Part shown: piece after piece, positions 9,140-18,287 of the stretch | Position numbering within the stretch: the stretch's first letter is position 1 | How the letters are laid out: each line of letters starts with the position of its first letter | NCBI GenBank assembly: GCA_038064195.1 | Contig: JBBTTO010000003.1 | Location: 244,428 to 292,591 of the forward strand | Reading direction: 5' to 3' | Length of the DNA stretch: 48,164 nt | From: Patescibacteria group bacterium | Lineage (GTDB): Bacteria; Patescibacteriota; Microgenomatia; Levybacterales; UBA12049 | Position numbers and translations under genes: made by a program | The notes under the pieces: generated by a model | What the model was told of the DNA's origin: nothing | Database searches by the model: none | Seen by the model: only the letters and a program-made list of their open reading frames with translations

Positions 9140-10054
9140 TTAAGTGCCTCTGAAAAGTTTATGGAACGGGTGGTAATGGATGCGTTTTTCAGCCACGTAA
9201 ATTCCCAAGAAGACGAAAAATGCACCCGTCAGGAAAGCTGGTGTGATGTTCTCATGGAGGAGCGGGACTGCGACGAGTACGGTGACCAGCGGATCGACAT
9301 AGAGGAACACCCCGATTTCACTGGCCTTAATATGTTTGACCCCGAAATTATAGAATAAATAGCCAAAAATTGACGTAAAGATAGCTCCGAAAACAATCCC
9401 GATGATCGCTTGCTCATTTAAAAGACTGAGGATATGGTGTTGTGACGATTCCATCAGGAAAAAAGGAAAGAAAATAACTGTTGCGTATGCGAAAAGATAA
9501 AACGTTACGGTCACTGATCGCAGGTGGGTCACATAGTTTTTTAGTAGCAGGGTATAACCCACAAAGGTCAGTGTTGACAGAAGAAAAAGCAGATTGCCGA
9601 GGATTGTTCCGTCCAGACCCTCATCGATAATCGGGCGGAGGATGATGATTGCGACTCCCAAAAGACTGATCACCGTACCGAGGATAATTCTGGTCCTGAC
9701 ATTTTCTTTATAAAAGAAGATTGAGGAGGTGATCAGAAATATCGGAGCGGCTGTGGCGATGACTGAGGAGTTCACGCTACTGGAAGTTGTCAGGCCAAAA
9801 AGGAGTAAGCCTATATGGAAGAAAAAACCGATGACTGCCAGGACAAATAGTGACACAGCATCGTGCTTTGTGATTTTCAGACGATGCAGTGTCAAGGGCA
9901 GGAGGATCAGTGAGGCGAGGAAAAAACGGAGAAAGGCAAAAGTAAATGGCGGTATTGATTCAAGCGACCAGCGGAAAATAGGTATACTTGCTCCCCATAT
10001 GATATTAGTCCCGATGAGTGCCAGGACAGCCAGGTGATATTTACTAAAGCGCAT
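9140..10054 (-). CDS. EamA/DMT family transporter
   Basis: IIWG, FLRF and two 5-TM repeats; about 10 TM helices. Confidence 0.9.
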   Translation of the reverse strand: MRFSKYHLAVLALIGTNIIWGASIPIFRWSLESIPPFTFAFLRFFLASLILLPLTLHRLKITKHDAVSLFVLAVIGFFFHIGLLLFGLTTSSSVNSSVIATAAPIFLITSSIFFYKENVRTRIILGTVISLLGVAIIILRPIIDEGLDGTILGNLLFLLSTLTFVGYTLLLKNYVTHLRSVTVTFYLFAYATVIFFPFFLMESSQHHILSLLNEQAIIGIVFGAIFTSIFGYLFYNFGVKHIKASEIGVFLYVDPLVTVLVAVPLLHENITPAFLTGAFFVFLGIYVAEKRIHYHPFHKLFRGT

Positions 10055-10116
10055 AAATCCATTGTTACATTAGCGCTTTAAAGTTGCAAGAGAGATCTCA
10101 GGATGATACTTAGCGT

Positions 10117-11316
10117 TTAGTCTTTAGATAACAGCTTACAAGCTTCCTCAAAGGTAACCTGTTTTTGCTCACGCTTTCTTAGATCTTTAAGTGTAACTTT
10201 TTCTTTTTTTACTTCCTCAGGTCCGATGACAACGACATAGGGAATACCTTTTTGGTCAGCGTACTTGAGTTGTTTTTCCATTTTAGCGTTCGGGTCAAGA
10301 TACAGTTCAGTGGCTATGCCCTCAGCCCGTAATTTGTAGCAGGCCTCAATTGACTGATCCAGTAATTCAGGGGAGAAAACAGTAACCAGGATCTGTGTTC
10401 CGGCCAGATCCTGTGGGAAAAGATTTAGCTCTGTCATCGCATCGACCACCCGATCAAATCCGAAAGCGAAGCCTACAGCGGGAACCTGCCTGCCGGCGAA
10501 CATCCCGACTAAATTGTCATAGCGTCCGCCGCCGCCGACTGATCCGACAGTGTAGCCCTCAATCTCTACCTCAATAATAATACCGGTATAATAGTCAAGA
10601 CCCCGAGCGAGTGTCGGTTCAAATTTAATCCTGTTTTTATCCACTCCAAATTCTTGAGCACTGACCAAAATTTGTTTGAGATTCTCAGGAAGTGTTGCTC
10701 CCATCAGTTCATCCAGTTTTTCGCCTTTTACACCAAGTAGCTCTAGCTCTTTTTTAACCGCATCCGCTCCGATTTTTTTCAATTTATCAATCGCGATAAT
10801 AGCTTTCGGCGAGAGATCCGCAAAAAGAGTTCGGTCATTAACAAGGAGGGTAAAGCTTTTAAATCCGAGAGCCTCAAATGAGTCATTAATGATTGCAAGT
10901 ATCTCAGCATCGGCAAAGACGCTATTCGTCCCGACTGTGTCGATGTCACACTGCAGGAACTCCCGAAAGCGGCCACGTTGCGTATTCTCAGCCCGCCAGA
11001 CCGGCTGAATTTGATATCTTTTAAAGGGCAAGGGGAGTTCGTTTTGATACTGAGCAACTACCCGCGCGAGAGGCACAGTCTGGTCATACCGCATTGCCAC
11101 ATTTCGACCACCGTTATCTTTAAAACGATACATGAGCTTGTCGCCCTCTTCACCGTATTTACCGTTCAGTATTTCTTCGTATTCAAGGGCCGGAGTCTCA
11201 AGAGGCTCAAAACCATAAGACGAGAACACGTCTTTAAGCGTGCTTATCACATACTGTCTTTTTCTTGCAGTGCCGGGTAAAAAGTCCCGGAAACCTTTTA
11301 ACGTTTGTACTAACAT
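10117..11316 (-). CDS. hisS: Histidine--tRNA ligase
   Basis: KGFRDFLP, RYDQTVP, RGRFREFLQCDID, ARGLDYYTG and GGGRYD motifs; anticodon-binding domain. Confidence 0.97.
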   Translation of the reverse strand: MLVQTLKGFRDFLPGTARKRQYVISTLKDVFSSYGFEPLETPALEYEEILNGKYGEEGDKLMYRFKDNGGRNVAMRYDQTVPLARVVAQYQNELPLPFKRYQIQPVWRAENTQRGRFREFLQCDIDTVGTNSVFADAEILAIINDSFEALGFKSFTLLVNDRTLFADLSPKAIIAIDKLKKIGADAVKKELELLGVKGEKLDELMGATLPENLKQILVSAQEFGVDKNRIKFEPTLARGLDYYTGIIIEVEIEGYTVGSVGGGGRYDNLVGMFAGRQVPAVGFAFGFDRVVDAMTELNLFPQDLAGTQILVTVFSPELLDQSIEACYKLRAEGIATELYLDPNAKMEKQLKYADQKGIPYVVVIGPEEVKKEKVTLKDLRKREQKQVTFEEACKLLSKD

Positions 11317-11321
11317 ATTCT

Positions 11322-12041
11322 TTATCTTAACATGAATAATACCCGATCTGGGTTTTCCAAATCAAGGACATCATTCACTATCGTATCAGTGACCTTAATC
11401 TCTCTTTGTTCACGATCTATCTCTGCTTGTGGTCCCATCAGCTGAGTCATATTGAATCTGTCAGCGACAGCTATCATAGGAGACTGTGCATTTGTTCTCA
11501 TAATCAGCGGAAGTCCGGCCCATCGAGCAACGTTCACGAGGGAGCCACTCAGCTTGTTACTATACCCTTTGCCACGGCTATTAGAATCAACCCCGCATTC
11601 GGAAAAGTAGAAGAATTTACTGTCAACGCCATTTTGCGCTAATAATTCACTCATACCACCTCTCATTTCGGGAGTGCGATACTTATCAAAGCTAAACTGA
11701 TTTGGCGACTGATAAGGAAATCCCCACGAGAAGCCAACAACCTCAGTGCCTTCTTTCATAGTAAATCCCTTTGCATCTGTCCTCCCAAGCTCTTTTTTAA
11801 TGTAGCCTATTGTTTCAGCAAGAGGGTATGCTTCAGCAAGTTTTGACTTAAAGCATTCACAATCTTGCCCGACTTCGGTCTCGGCGCCAAAGAATTTCCC
11901 GCAGCCACACCGAGTGACTTCATTCCACGGCTCTCCAGCGAAAACGCTTGCATAGAGCTTGGCTACGTTGGTCACTTCATTTGTTAGGAAAGGTATAAAG
12001 CGTTGGGGCTCATCCTGTCCTAATCTTTCACGATCAATCAT
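11322..12041 (-). CDS. GNAT-family N-acetyltransferase with a CxC...CxC putative Zn insert
   Basis: VFAGEPWNE, VVGFSWG and YFSECGVDSNSRGKGYS (motif A); overlaps the upstream M20 gene by 4 bp; SD GGAGGTGA. Confidence 0.7.
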   Translation of the reverse strand: MIDRERLGQDEPQRFIPFLTNEVTNVAKLYASVFAGEPWNEVTRCGCGKFFGAETEVGQDCECFKSKLAEAYPLAETIGYIKKELGRTDAKGFTMKEGTEVVGFSWGFPYQSPNQFSFDKYRTPEMRGGMSELLAQNGVDSKFFYFSECGVDSNSRGKGYSNKLSGSLVNVARWAGLPLIMRTNAQSPMIAVADRFNMTQLMGPQAEIDREQREIKVTDTIVNDVLDLENPDRVLFMLR

Positions 12042-13198
12042 TTTTGTTCACCTCCTTTCAGTTCAAGAATTATCTTTTTATAGATGTTTTCAAGTACTGG
12101 AAGTTGGTAGAGTGGAATATTTTCATCTTCCCGGTGTACTGTTGTTCCGTCACCGGCACCAAAAGTACAGCAGGGAGTATTCGGTAGAGCTTGGGCGAGA
12201 AGCTGAACATCAATAAATCCTCTTTTACCAGAGTCAGTCCAGCTGAGTAAGGTTTCCGTGCTAATCACACGAGCGACATTATTCAGTTGCTCTTTTGGAG
12301 TAATCCATGCTCCTAAGTCATGTCTGGTTGTTATCGAGTCAAGGGTGAGCCCTTCATCAGCGATGAATCCTTTGAGTAGAGATGATACTCTTTCAGCATT
12401 CAGTGTAGGTATGCTTGGACGAATATCTAAGACAAACTCCGCAAAATCAGGAATATTATTTCCTTGTTTACCTAAGATTAACTCTGAGGAGCTCTTTTTT
12501 TGTAAGAGCCCGCCTTGCATATAGGCTAAGTTAATAGTTGATCTGCCCAATTCTTGGCTACGGCAGAACTTCTGAAAATATTTTTGGAGCCTTCTGATCA
12601 CGGCATAGCTACGGGTTATTGCATTTACGCCGCTGAGAGGATTTGAGGCATGTCCTGTTTTTCCTTTTACACGTACTGTTAGTTCAATCAAGCCTCTGCA
12701 ACCGTTTCCGAGAGTTAGATCGTTTCCATCACCTGACAGAATAAGTTGAGGAGAAATTTTGCTTTTATACTCACGAATGAAGGCTTTCATTCCTGCAAAG
12801 TCATATTCCTCATCAATATAAAGGAGTGCTGCAATGCCTTTTGTTTTGCCGATCTTTTCCCACGCAGTGAGAAATGCAGCTATGTTTCCTTTCATGTCAG
12901 CAGTTCCAAGTCCGTACAGTTTTTCCCTGCTAATGAATGAGCGAGTGTTAAGTCGGTTTTGTAAAAATTTTGGTTGGACTGTATCAAGATGTCCAAGATA
13001 CAGAAGGCGAGTGGGATACCCATCGGAGATCAAGATATTGTACCTGCCGTTGAGAATGGGTTGTTTGGTTACCTGCCAATTCGGCACCTTACTACAATAT
13101 CCCACGACAAAATCAGCTATGCCAATCTCATTACAAGAACTGTCAACGAATGACTTAATAGAAATCAATTTTTTTGTAAGTTCTAATGTTTTCTCCAT
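12038..13198 (-). CDS. M20 family metallohydrolase (ArgE/DapE-like)
   Basis: GHLDTV, YGLGTADMKG, DEE, GKTGHAS and C-terminal H-x-x-DE motifs. Confidence 0.88.
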   Translation of the reverse strand: MEKTLELTKKLISIKSFVDSSCNEIGIADFVVGYCSKVPNWQVTKQPILNGRYNILISDGYPTRLLYLGHLDTVQPKFLQNRLNTRSFISREKLYGLGTADMKGNIAAFLTAWEKIGKTKGIAALLYIDEEYDFAGMKAFIREYKSKISPQLILSGDGNDLTLGNGCRGLIELTVRVKGKTGHASNPLSGVNAITRSYAVIRRLQKYFQKFCRSQELGRSTINLAYMQGGLLQKKSSSELILGKQGNNIPDFAEFVLDIRPSIPTLNAERVSSLLKGFIADEGLTLDSITTRHDLGAWITPKEQLNNVARVISTETLLSWTDSGKRGFIDVQLLAQALPNTPCCTFGAGDGTTVHREDENIPLYQLPVLENIYKKIILELKGGEQK

Positions 13199-13250
13199 AA
13201 AAAAACTCCCGTTCTTTACACACCAAAAAATGATGTGTAAGGAACGAGAG
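13199..13250 (-). terminator. T-box-controlled intrinsic terminator that also sequesters the SD of the M20 gene
   Basis: 20-bp stem (19 pairs including GU) followed by U7 ending at the AUG; GGGAG lies in the 3' arm, 7 nt from the AUG. Confidence 0.88.
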
Positions 13251-13420
13251 GGTACAAAAAAAGGACCTCCCGCGGTCCCATCCTTATTGTCTAATTATTA
13301 CTAATCAGACCTCTTTATGGCGACTCCGCGTGTGCGACATCGTCTGTTGTCTTTTACGGTTCAACCTCCGTAGAGCATTTTGGCTCTCAGCTCCTGGATC
13401 GTGACTCCAGTCAGCGCTTT
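13199..13420 (-). ncRNA. T-box riboswitch, His-specific (CAC), ultrashort Stem I
   Basis: K-turn Stem I (13420-13389) with apical loop GUCACGA, Stem II, Stem IIA/B pseudoknot, Stem III, antiterminator AAGGA-UGGGACC-GCGGGAGG/CCUCUCGU-UCCUU, and terminator; hisS is downstream. Confidence 0.88.
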
Positions 13421-13440
13421 ATACGTTAAATTGTCTGTCT

Positions 13441-13468
13441 ATTATACCAGATAGGACAATTATGTCAA
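13441..13468 (-). promoter_or_regulatory. Consensus sigma70 promoter driving the T-box leader
   Basis: TTGACA-16-TATAAT on the minus strand. Confidence 0.85.
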
Positions 13469-13487
13469 GTTACTCTAGGACTTGAAG

Positions 13488-14549
13488 CTAAGTAAGTTTG
13501 ACGAGTTTTCCGTCCTGGATTGCGAAAAGGTCTTCGATGCGGACGCCGAATTTTCCTTCGAGATAAATTCCCGGTTCGAGGGAAAAGGCCATTCCATCCC
13601 CTATGGTTTCTTTAGACGTAGGAGAGAGCGCTGGGGCTTCATGAACTTCTATGCCTATGCCGTGTCCTAGTGAGTGGGGGATTGAGTCGTAGCCTGCTTT
13701 ATGGATAAAATCTCTCGCTTCATCATCAACGGCCGCACCTGAGATCGGTTTGTTATTCTCAAGAGAGCGTTTAATAAAATCTACTGCCAGATTTTGTGAT
13801 TGTTGCACGGTATCATAGACTTTTTGTTGTTCTTTAGTTGGTGTACCGACAAAAAAAGTACGTGTCATGTCAGAACAATAATTATTAAAGCGCACTCCAC
13901 AGTCAATAAGGGCTACGTCATTTACTTTTAGTTTAGTCTCATCGCTAAGATGATGGGGGACAGCGGAGTTTTTACCGAAAGCTACAATAGTCGGAAAAGA
14001 AAGACCGGCTCCAAGTGCTTTTACATTAGCTTCAAAAAGTACAGCAATCTGCATCTCAGTAACGTCAGGTTCTAATTTTTTTGCTGTTTGCTTGAGTGCT
14101 TTTTGGGCTATTTGACATGCTTTCCGGATGTTAGTTACTTCTTCAGCAGATTTTTTAATGCGAAGATGCCTTAAATCCACAGCGACCAGACGGCTGGGTA
14201 CATTCTCAGTTATCGTCAGGTACTCAGTAACGGTGACGTTATTGCTCTCAAAACCTATTTTTTTCAATTTATTTTTACTGACAACTTCTGCCAGATTCTT
14301 GGCGAACGGATGGTCTCTCTTGTGCTCAATGACTGTCAGTTGTTTAAATTTTTCTTTCAGCTCCAGAGCCAGCAAGGAGTGTGTAAAGAGATGGCCTTTG
14401 TTGTTTGTTACAAGCAGAAAAGCATCGCGTTCGGTGGCTGAAAATCCGGCATACGAAGTTAGGTACAGTAAGTGGGACGATGAGGAGAAAAGCATCGCGT
14501 CAAGTTTTTTTTCTTTCAGCAGAGTACGGATTGAGGAGAAGTCTGCCAT
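13488..14549 (-). CDS. M24 Xaa-Pro aminopeptidase/dipeptidase
   Basis: Creatinase N-terminal domain; IDCG, SDMTRT, HSLGHGIG, EPGIY and RIED motifs. Confidence 0.92.
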   Translation of the reverse strand: MADFSSIRTLLKEKKLDAMLFSSSSHLLYLTSYAGFSATERDAFLLVTNNKGHLFTHSLLALELKEKFKQLTVIEHKRDHPFAKNLAEVVSKNKLKKIGFESNNVTVTEYLTITENVPSRLVAVDLRHLRIKKSAEEVTNIRKACQIAQKALKQTAKKLEPDVTEMQIAVLFEANVKALGAGLSFPTIVAFGKNSAVPHHLSDETKLKVNDVALIDCGVRFNNYCSDMTRTFFVGTPTKEQQKVYDTVQQSQNLAVDFIKRSLENNKPISGAAVDDEARDFIHKAGYDSIPHSLGHGIGIEVHEAPALSPTSKETIGDGMAFSLEPGIYLEGKFGVRIEDLFAIQDGKLVKLT

Positions 14550-14551
14550 TG

Positions 14552-15349
14552 TTAGTTAAGCGGAGTAAGTTTTTTGCCACTCCCACTGGAGGTAGTTGCC
14601 TTTTTGCTATCGACAGCTTGAGGAGCATTGATGATCTTGGGGTTTTTCTGAAGAGTAGGGAAAATCAGGATACGGGATGCCACCATGCGATTGGCCTGCT
14701 TTTTATCGGCATAGCCGATGACATTAGCGCGTGTTCCCGTCTCGATTTTGGAGAAGCCGATCTTTTCAGCTGCATTGTCCGCGTCATACGACAGAGTCTT
14801 AGTGATATTTTCTATGTCGACCAGATAGCTTTTTCCATTAATCATTGAGAGAGTGACAGTAAAGTCAGTTTTATTGACCTCAGTTATTGTACCGCTGAGA
14901 TAGAGAGGGATAGTGTAGGAGTGGACGAATCGGGCCAAAAGATGCTCTGAGTCTTTGTTGTAGAGCCCGATGACGCTGATTTTTACACCCGGCTTGAGGT
15001 CTGAAAGTCCGTAGGAGTCTTTGGCTGACGGAGAAGAGAACTTGGTGATCTCATCAACATCGATAAGTCTGTTATTTCCGTTAATATCTTCAAGTGTCAG
15101 AGTCGTCCCGTTTATTTCTTTGATACTGCCGATCATTCCTCTTTTCTCCACCAGCTTGAGTTGCGCCACGCGGGAAGCAATTTTTTCTTTCAGATCAGTT
15201 ATTTCAGTCGTAAGTTTTTGCGTGACTGACTCTGATGTCGGTTTAGGGGAGGGAGACGGCCCCGATTTAATCGGGGTAGGTGTCACCGCCAGAGCCTGAC
15301 TGGAAAATGTTACGAACAGGGCACAAATGATCAAAAAATATGTATTCAT
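14552..15349 (-). CDS. Secreted hypothetical protein with two OB-like repeats (DUF5666-like)
   Basis: Signal peptide, Pro/Ser/Thr linker, coiled coil and two repeats of G-x-I-x-E-(I/V)-N...(L/I)-x-x-G-x-x-x-x-V-I-G. Confidence 0.6.
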   Translation of the reverse strand: MNTYFLIICALFVTFSSQALAVTPTPIKSGPSPSPKPTSESVTQKLTTEITDLKEKIASRVAQLKLVEKRGMIGSIKEINGTTLTLEDINGNNRLIDVDEITKFSSPSAKDSYGLSDLKPGVKISVIGLYNKDSEHLLARFVHSYTIPLYLSGTITEVNKTDFTVTLSMINGKSYLVDIENITKTLSYDADNAAEKIGFSKIETGTRANVIGYADKKQANRMVASRILIFPTLQKNPKIINAPQAVDSKKATTSSGSGKKLTPLN

Positions 15350-15774
15350 TAAAAATCATCACTAGTATAACTGATGCTGCGTTTTATAGCCTGCTCGGTT
15401 CCGTCAGGAAAGACCGAGGTGATTGAGAGGATATTGACTCCGTCACTAATTGTCTGGGTTATAGAGAAAGCTCCTGTTGTCGTGGGTTTGACTACCTGAT
15501 CATTTTCCTCACTGGAAATGATGATTGTAGCACCCGGAAGCGTTTTACCGCTAATCGTGATTGTTTTACGGTCAGCAATACTCTCATCTTTTGGACTATC
15601 TACTACCAGATAGTTAGCTGAGTTAGGGGTAGGGGTCGGATGGGATTTAATGGTGATTGAGTTATTATCGGGGGTGATTTGTTTGGTCATTTGGTAGAGG
15701 TAAAAAGCGGAGCCTGCGACAAGAAGCCCGACAAAAATGGCAATGAGTGATAAGATAATCCGTTCAGCTTTCAT
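15349..15774 (-). CDS. Membrane-anchored protein with Ig-like domain (alternative start 15792)
   Basis: TM helix, PTPTP linker and ISGKT...GAF...GVNILSI beta-sandwich pattern. Confidence 0.65.
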   Translation of the reverse strand: MKAERIILSLIAIFVGLLVAGSAFYLYQMTKQITPDNNSITIKSHPTPTPNSANYLVVDSPKDESIADRKTITISGKTLPGATIIISSEENDQVVKPTTTGAFSITQTISDGVNILSITSVFPDGTEQAIKRSISYTSDDF

Positions 15775-15880
15775 ATTAAAATAATTGATCATCTACCAGT
15801 CTGAGGGTGGAAGACCGATCAAAAAAGCGTTTACGTGACGCCCTGGGACAGCGGAGAAAAAAAGAGCAAAAGCTTTCGTG

Positions 15881-15909
15881 ATGATAGGTGAAAAGTCCTT
15901 GATTGTCAA
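15881..15909 (-). promoter_or_regulatory. Sigma70 promoter
   Basis: TTGACA-17-TATCAT on the minus strand. Confidence 0.65.
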
Positions 15910-15947
15910 GCTTGCGACCCTAGACACTCCCTCTATCTTATGCTAGT

Positions 15948-16478
15948 ATGGAGTTCATGGAAATTTCAGTGCAGGGACTTGATTCCCTCAAGATTCGTGG
16001 TAAGCACGCGGCCTTATTTATTAATCCCCAAGACAAAACATCAAGTTATAACGCGGCTATTCTCCTAGGCCATCCGGCTGTCTCATCACTGAAAATTCGC
16101 GATGACGTCGTCATTATTGACGGACCTGGCGAATACGAGGCAGGAGGGATCAAGATAACCGGTATTAAGTCTGAGGAAAACGTTGTTTACAGCATATCTC
16201 TTGACAATACAGACATTTTAGTCGGAGATCGCGGCAGCATTGAGAAAATCCAGCAAAAACTTAAAGAATATCAAGTCGTTATTATTCGCGCGGGAGATGA
16301 AGGTAATGCTTCTTTTGCCCCGTCAGTCGGTATGAACGCAGTAATAATCTATGGTGAGCATGCTCGCGCCGTCGTAGACACTGTTGCCAAAGATGAAAAA
16401 AAAGAGACGACCAAATATGTGTTAACCAGAGATAAATTACCGGCCGAAACCGAGACGGTCCTTTTAAAAAGCGACTAA
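15948..16478 (+). CDS. Degenerate MBL-fold (lactamase_B_3-like) protein
   Basis: IDGPGEYEAGGIKITGI signature present; HxHxDH metal motif absent. Confidence 0.65.
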   Translation: MEFMEISVQGLDSLKIRGKHAALFINPQDKTSSYNAAILLGHPAVSSLKIRDDVVIIDGPGEYEAGGIKITGIKSEENVVYSISLDNTDILVGDRGSIEKIQQKLKEYQVVIIRAGDEGNASFAPSVGMNAVIIYGEHARAVVDTVAKDEKKETTKYVLTRDKLPAETETVLLKSD

Positions 16479-16522
16479 ATCTGACTTGTTTTTAATTTTT
16501 TTTATAGTTTTTATTTCTCAAC

Positions 16523-17851
16523 ATGGCCAGTGTCAAAACGCTTCCTCATAACCAAGACGCGGAAAAAAGTGTTTTGGGTGCAATCCTCATAGATAAAGAT
16601 GCTATCAATCTCGTGAGTGAATTTCTACTCGGGAGTGATTTTTATGATGAGATCAATGCCGTTGTATTTGAAGCAATGCTCAAGTTATTTGAAGAGCGTA
16701 AGGCAATCGATTTGCTGACGGTTACTGACTTTCTCAAAAAGAAAAAACAACTTGGCACAATCGACTCAACCTACTTTAACGAACTTGTTGAAATCGTTCC
16801 GACAGCTGCCAACATTGAACATTACGGTCGTATTGTTAAAGAAGCCTCGACCAAAAGGGCTCTCATTCATGCCGGGACCAACATAGCAGAATTCGGGTAC
16901 GATGACAAAAAAGAAGTAAAAGAAGTCATAGAAAAAGCTGAGTCATCAATTTTTGCTATCTCCCAGGGAAATATCAGGAGGGGTTTTATACCTATCAAAT
17001 CAACACTCACCGAGAGTTTTGATCGTATCGATGAGCTCCACAAAGGCGGGGAGGGGTATCGGGGGGTTAAGACGGGATTTACCGAGCTTGATAAACTTCT
17101 CTCCGGGTTGCAAAAAGCCAATTTAATTATTTTGGCAGCCAGACCGGGACAGGGCAAGACTGCAATCACTCTCAATATCGCACAACACATAGCAACAGCT
17201 GATAAAAGGCCTGTAGCTATTTTCTCACTTGAGATGAGTAAAGAAGAGTTGGTTGATCGTTTCTTAGTTGCACAAGCTGATGTTGATGCCTGGAGACTCA
17301 AAACCGGCAAATTATCAGAAGAGGATTTTACTAAATTATCAGACGCGATGGGTCAGCTGGCTGAAGCACCGATTTTTATTGATGACACACCGGGTCTTAA
17401 TCTTTCCGAGATGCGCAGTAAGGCTCGCAGGCTTCATATGGAGCATAATGTCGGACTTATTATTGTTGATTACTTACAGCTTGTTGACCCGGGTCGAAAA
17501 GTTGAGAATAGAGTGCAGGAAGTATCGATCGTCTCTCAGGCTCTCAAGAATTTAGCGCGTGAATTAAATGTACCGGTTTTGGCCGCGTCTCAACTTTCAC
17601 GTGCCGTTGAGCATAGGGGAGAGAAGAAGCCACAGTTAGCAGACCTTCGTGAATCAGGAGCTATTGAGCAGGATGCGGATGTCGTGATGTTCCTCTATCG
17701 TCCGGATGTGGAATATGATATTAATAACCACAATATACCGACCAAAGTTTTGATAGCCAAACATCGCAACGGTCCGACAGGTGAGATTGATTTACTTTTC
17801 CGAGGTGATAGGATACGATTTTATAATGTGGAAAGGCAACACAGTGAATAG
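16523..17851 (+). CDS. dnaB: Replicative DNA helicase
   Basis: PHNQDAEKSVLG, AARPGQGKT, FSLEM, VDYLQL and DLRESGAIEQDAD motifs. Confidence 0.97.
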   Translation: MASVKTLPHNQDAEKSVLGAILIDKDAINLVSEFLLGSDFYDEINAVVFEAMLKLFEERKAIDLLTVTDFLKKKKQLGTIDSTYFNELVEIVPTAANIEHYGRIVKEASTKRALIHAGTNIAEFGYDDKKEVKEVIEKAESSIFAISQGNIRRGFIPIKSTLTESFDRIDELHKGGEGYRGVKTGFTELDKLLSGLQKANLIILAARPGQGKTAITLNIAQHIATADKRPVAIFSLEMSKEELVDRFLVAQADVDAWRLKTGKLSEEDFTKLSDAMGQLAEAPIFIDDTPGLNLSEMRSKARRLHMEHNVGLIIVDYLQLVDPGRKVENRVQEVSIVSQALKNLARELNVPVLAASQLSRAVEHRGEKKPQLADLRESGAIEQDADVVMFLYRPDVEYDINNHNIPTKVLIAKHRNGPTGEIDLLFRGDRIRFYNVERQHSE

Positions 17852-17909
17852 TTAATGGTAAATGGTTCATAGTAAAAAACATCTTTGAACTATTAACTAT
17901 CTACTATTT
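17851..17909. repeat. Inverted heptamer array (AATGGTT / AACTATT)
   Basis: gttaatg-gtaaatg-gttcata-gt ... aactatt-aactatc-tactatt. Confidence 0.55.
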
Positions 17910-17943
17910 GCTAATAACAACGAAGAAGGGAGGTGAATGAACA

Positions 17944-18177
17944 ATGAATCCAACAGATAATCAAGGTGGAATGGGTGGAGGTATGGCTACTCCCGGGGCT
18001 ACAGTTCCTGGGACTACACCTACTGCTCCAACTATGCCAGAGCCTACAGCTCCAGTTGTCCCACCAGCTCCAGAGCCTCAGGCTCCAGAGCCTGTAGCTC
18101 CGGTGACCCCTGAGCCAGCAGCACCGGAACCAGCTGCTCCTATGCCTGGAACTCCAACAGAGCAACCAGCGGCATAA
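17944..18177 (+). CDS. Small Pro/Ala/Thr/Glu-rich disordered protein
   Basis: Strong SD (GGGAGGTGA), double TAA stop and its own terminator. Confidence 0.7.
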   Translation: MNPTDNQGGMGGGMATPGATVPGTTPTAPTMPEPTAPVVPPAPEPQAPEPVAPVTPEPAAPEPAAPMPGTPTEQPAA

Positions 18178-18209
18178 TAATTCTAAGGAAAATTTATTCT
18201 GCAGAATGA

Positions 18210-18243
18210 ACTAAAACGAACACCTGAAGGTGTTCGTTTTAGT
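18210..18243. terminator. Bidirectional intrinsic terminator
   Basis: ACTAAAACGAACACC-TGAA-GGTGTTCGTTTTAGT, perfect 15-bp stem. Confidence 0.8.
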
Positions 18244-18287
18244 ATTAGCGGTGTCTTATACTACCCTACAAAATGGTATAATCAATT

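Noticed and set aside
15793-15880. Riboswitch in the ~100-nt leader of the 15774 gene
   Set aside because: Only weak hairpins and no recognisable conserved motif.
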